From: Catajapyx aquilonaris
Taxonomy: Eukaryota
Assembly: GCA_000934665.2 (NCBI GenBank)
Contig: KZ539066.1
Location: 1-34,718 of the forward strand
Length of the DNA: 34,718 nt
Direction of reading: 5' to 3'
In this document: piece by piece, positions 33,842 to 34,718 of the stretch
Position numbering within the stretch: the first letter of the stretch is position 1
Layout of the letters: the number at the start of each line of letters is the position of its first letter
The notes under the pieces: generated by a model
The model's database searches: none
Told to the model about the DNA's origin: nothing
What the model saw: the letters and a program-made list of their open reading frames with translations, nothing else
Program-made: the position numbers and the translations under genes

Positions 33842-34059
33842 ACCTACAATGCAAGGCACAATATTATGTCGTTAGTGAGATAATATAAACATTGCTAGTG
33901 TTTTTATTTGTTAAAAACTATTATCGTATTGGCAGTTAATTTCGTCAGTACATTGCAGGAATTCACTTCATTAAAAGTTAGGGACTAATACAATAATATC
34001 TGCTACGCTATAGTGCTACTGTATCCAGTAAACTAGTAAATAAGGCTCAAGTAAAATAA

Positions 34060-34718
34060 CAAGATGATATCGGCGGTGTTAAGGAGAAAGGGCGAATAGA
34101 CCATTATTCAAAAAATGGCGAAAATGCATATATTAAGTTGACATCACCCACCACATGTTTTGGTGAAACGGGAGATGTGTAGGTGGAACAATGTGACTGT
34201 ACAAGAAAGTGGTTCCGGCGAGTATCCAAAAAACTGGAAAAAAAAGTGTTAAGGGCGCACGATCACGACGATTTTTCCCACTCGCGGAGGCCAAGTTGGG
34301 CCGAGGGACGGGTGCAGCGTTGTGTTCGCACCGCCGGTGTGGCCGTCTCGCTGGAGGTGCGAACCTGAAATTGTCACAGCATGGCGAGGAAGAGCCAATT
34401 GAGCCTCCCGACCAAGGCTCGATCAATTCGGATAATAATTGCGCGATCTAGAAGGGGAAGAGTTTTTTAAAAACGGGTCACGGCATCTTGGCTCAGGATG
34501 CGAATTAGGGAAGAATCTCGCTTTGTCACGATTCCCGTAGCGCTCCTCTTGCTACTCCTCCAAAGCGCGATTTTTTGGGCCGGTGGTTTTTGCGCAGGTA
34601 GGAAAATCCCGTCACCCCCGCAAGCATATTAACAAACTGTACATGGCTAGAGAGACAGGCGGCCTGAGCCCCGCCCTCCCTCGCCCTGATTGGTCCTGCG
34701 TCTGGCGAGCTTTTAAAA
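34060..34718. promoter_or_regulatory. CpG-rich promoter / 5' exon region, probably bidirectional
   Basis: High CpG density, GC box (ccccgccc ~34669), ATTGG (reverse CCAAT) ~34689, + strand donor CAG|gtagga at 34597/34598; lies upstream of the CIMIP1-like gene on -. Confidence 0.55.

Noticed and set aside
1..34718. CRISPR arrays, prokaryotic defence or phage systems, intact transposases, snoRNA/SECIS elements
   Set aside because: No regularly spaced direct repeats, no long intronless ORFs, and no box C/D or SECIS structure I could support.

Overview
Eukaryotic (animal, most likely arthropod/pancrustacean) genomic DNA from a scaffolded assembly with N gaps; not prokaryotic, and no CRISPR, operon or rRNA is present. 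Three spliced genes can be rebuilt by hand with consistent intron phases. (1) USP10 deubiquitinase on + (8 exons seen, 3200..19912, 841 aa; 5' start not found), followed by a ~2.65 kb transposon-free probable 3' UTR. (2) CTF8/CHTF8 on - (3 exons, 119 aa). (3) A small 4-exon gene on - (about 121 aa, one GC-AG intron) resembling the LLC1/C20orf85 (CIMIP1) ciliary microtubule inner protein family; only its last exon appears in the ORF track. Introns and intergenic DNA are saturated with non-autonomous DNA transposons (Tc1/mariner/pogo, hAT, piggyBac, Kolobok and PIF/Harbinger-like MITEs, many nested) and several tRNA-derived SINE families. Two CpG-rich promoter-like regions lie at ~30.85-31.25 kb and ~34.06-34.72 kb. 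I see no evidence of a wholly new gene system. The most unusual signals are the hidden CIMIP1-like gene, fold-back MITEs built from duplicated transposase 3' ends that are repeatedly hit by one pogo-like MITE, SINE tail swapping, and a fragment resembling mammalian Tigger4. Family assignments come from recalled motifs, not database searches.
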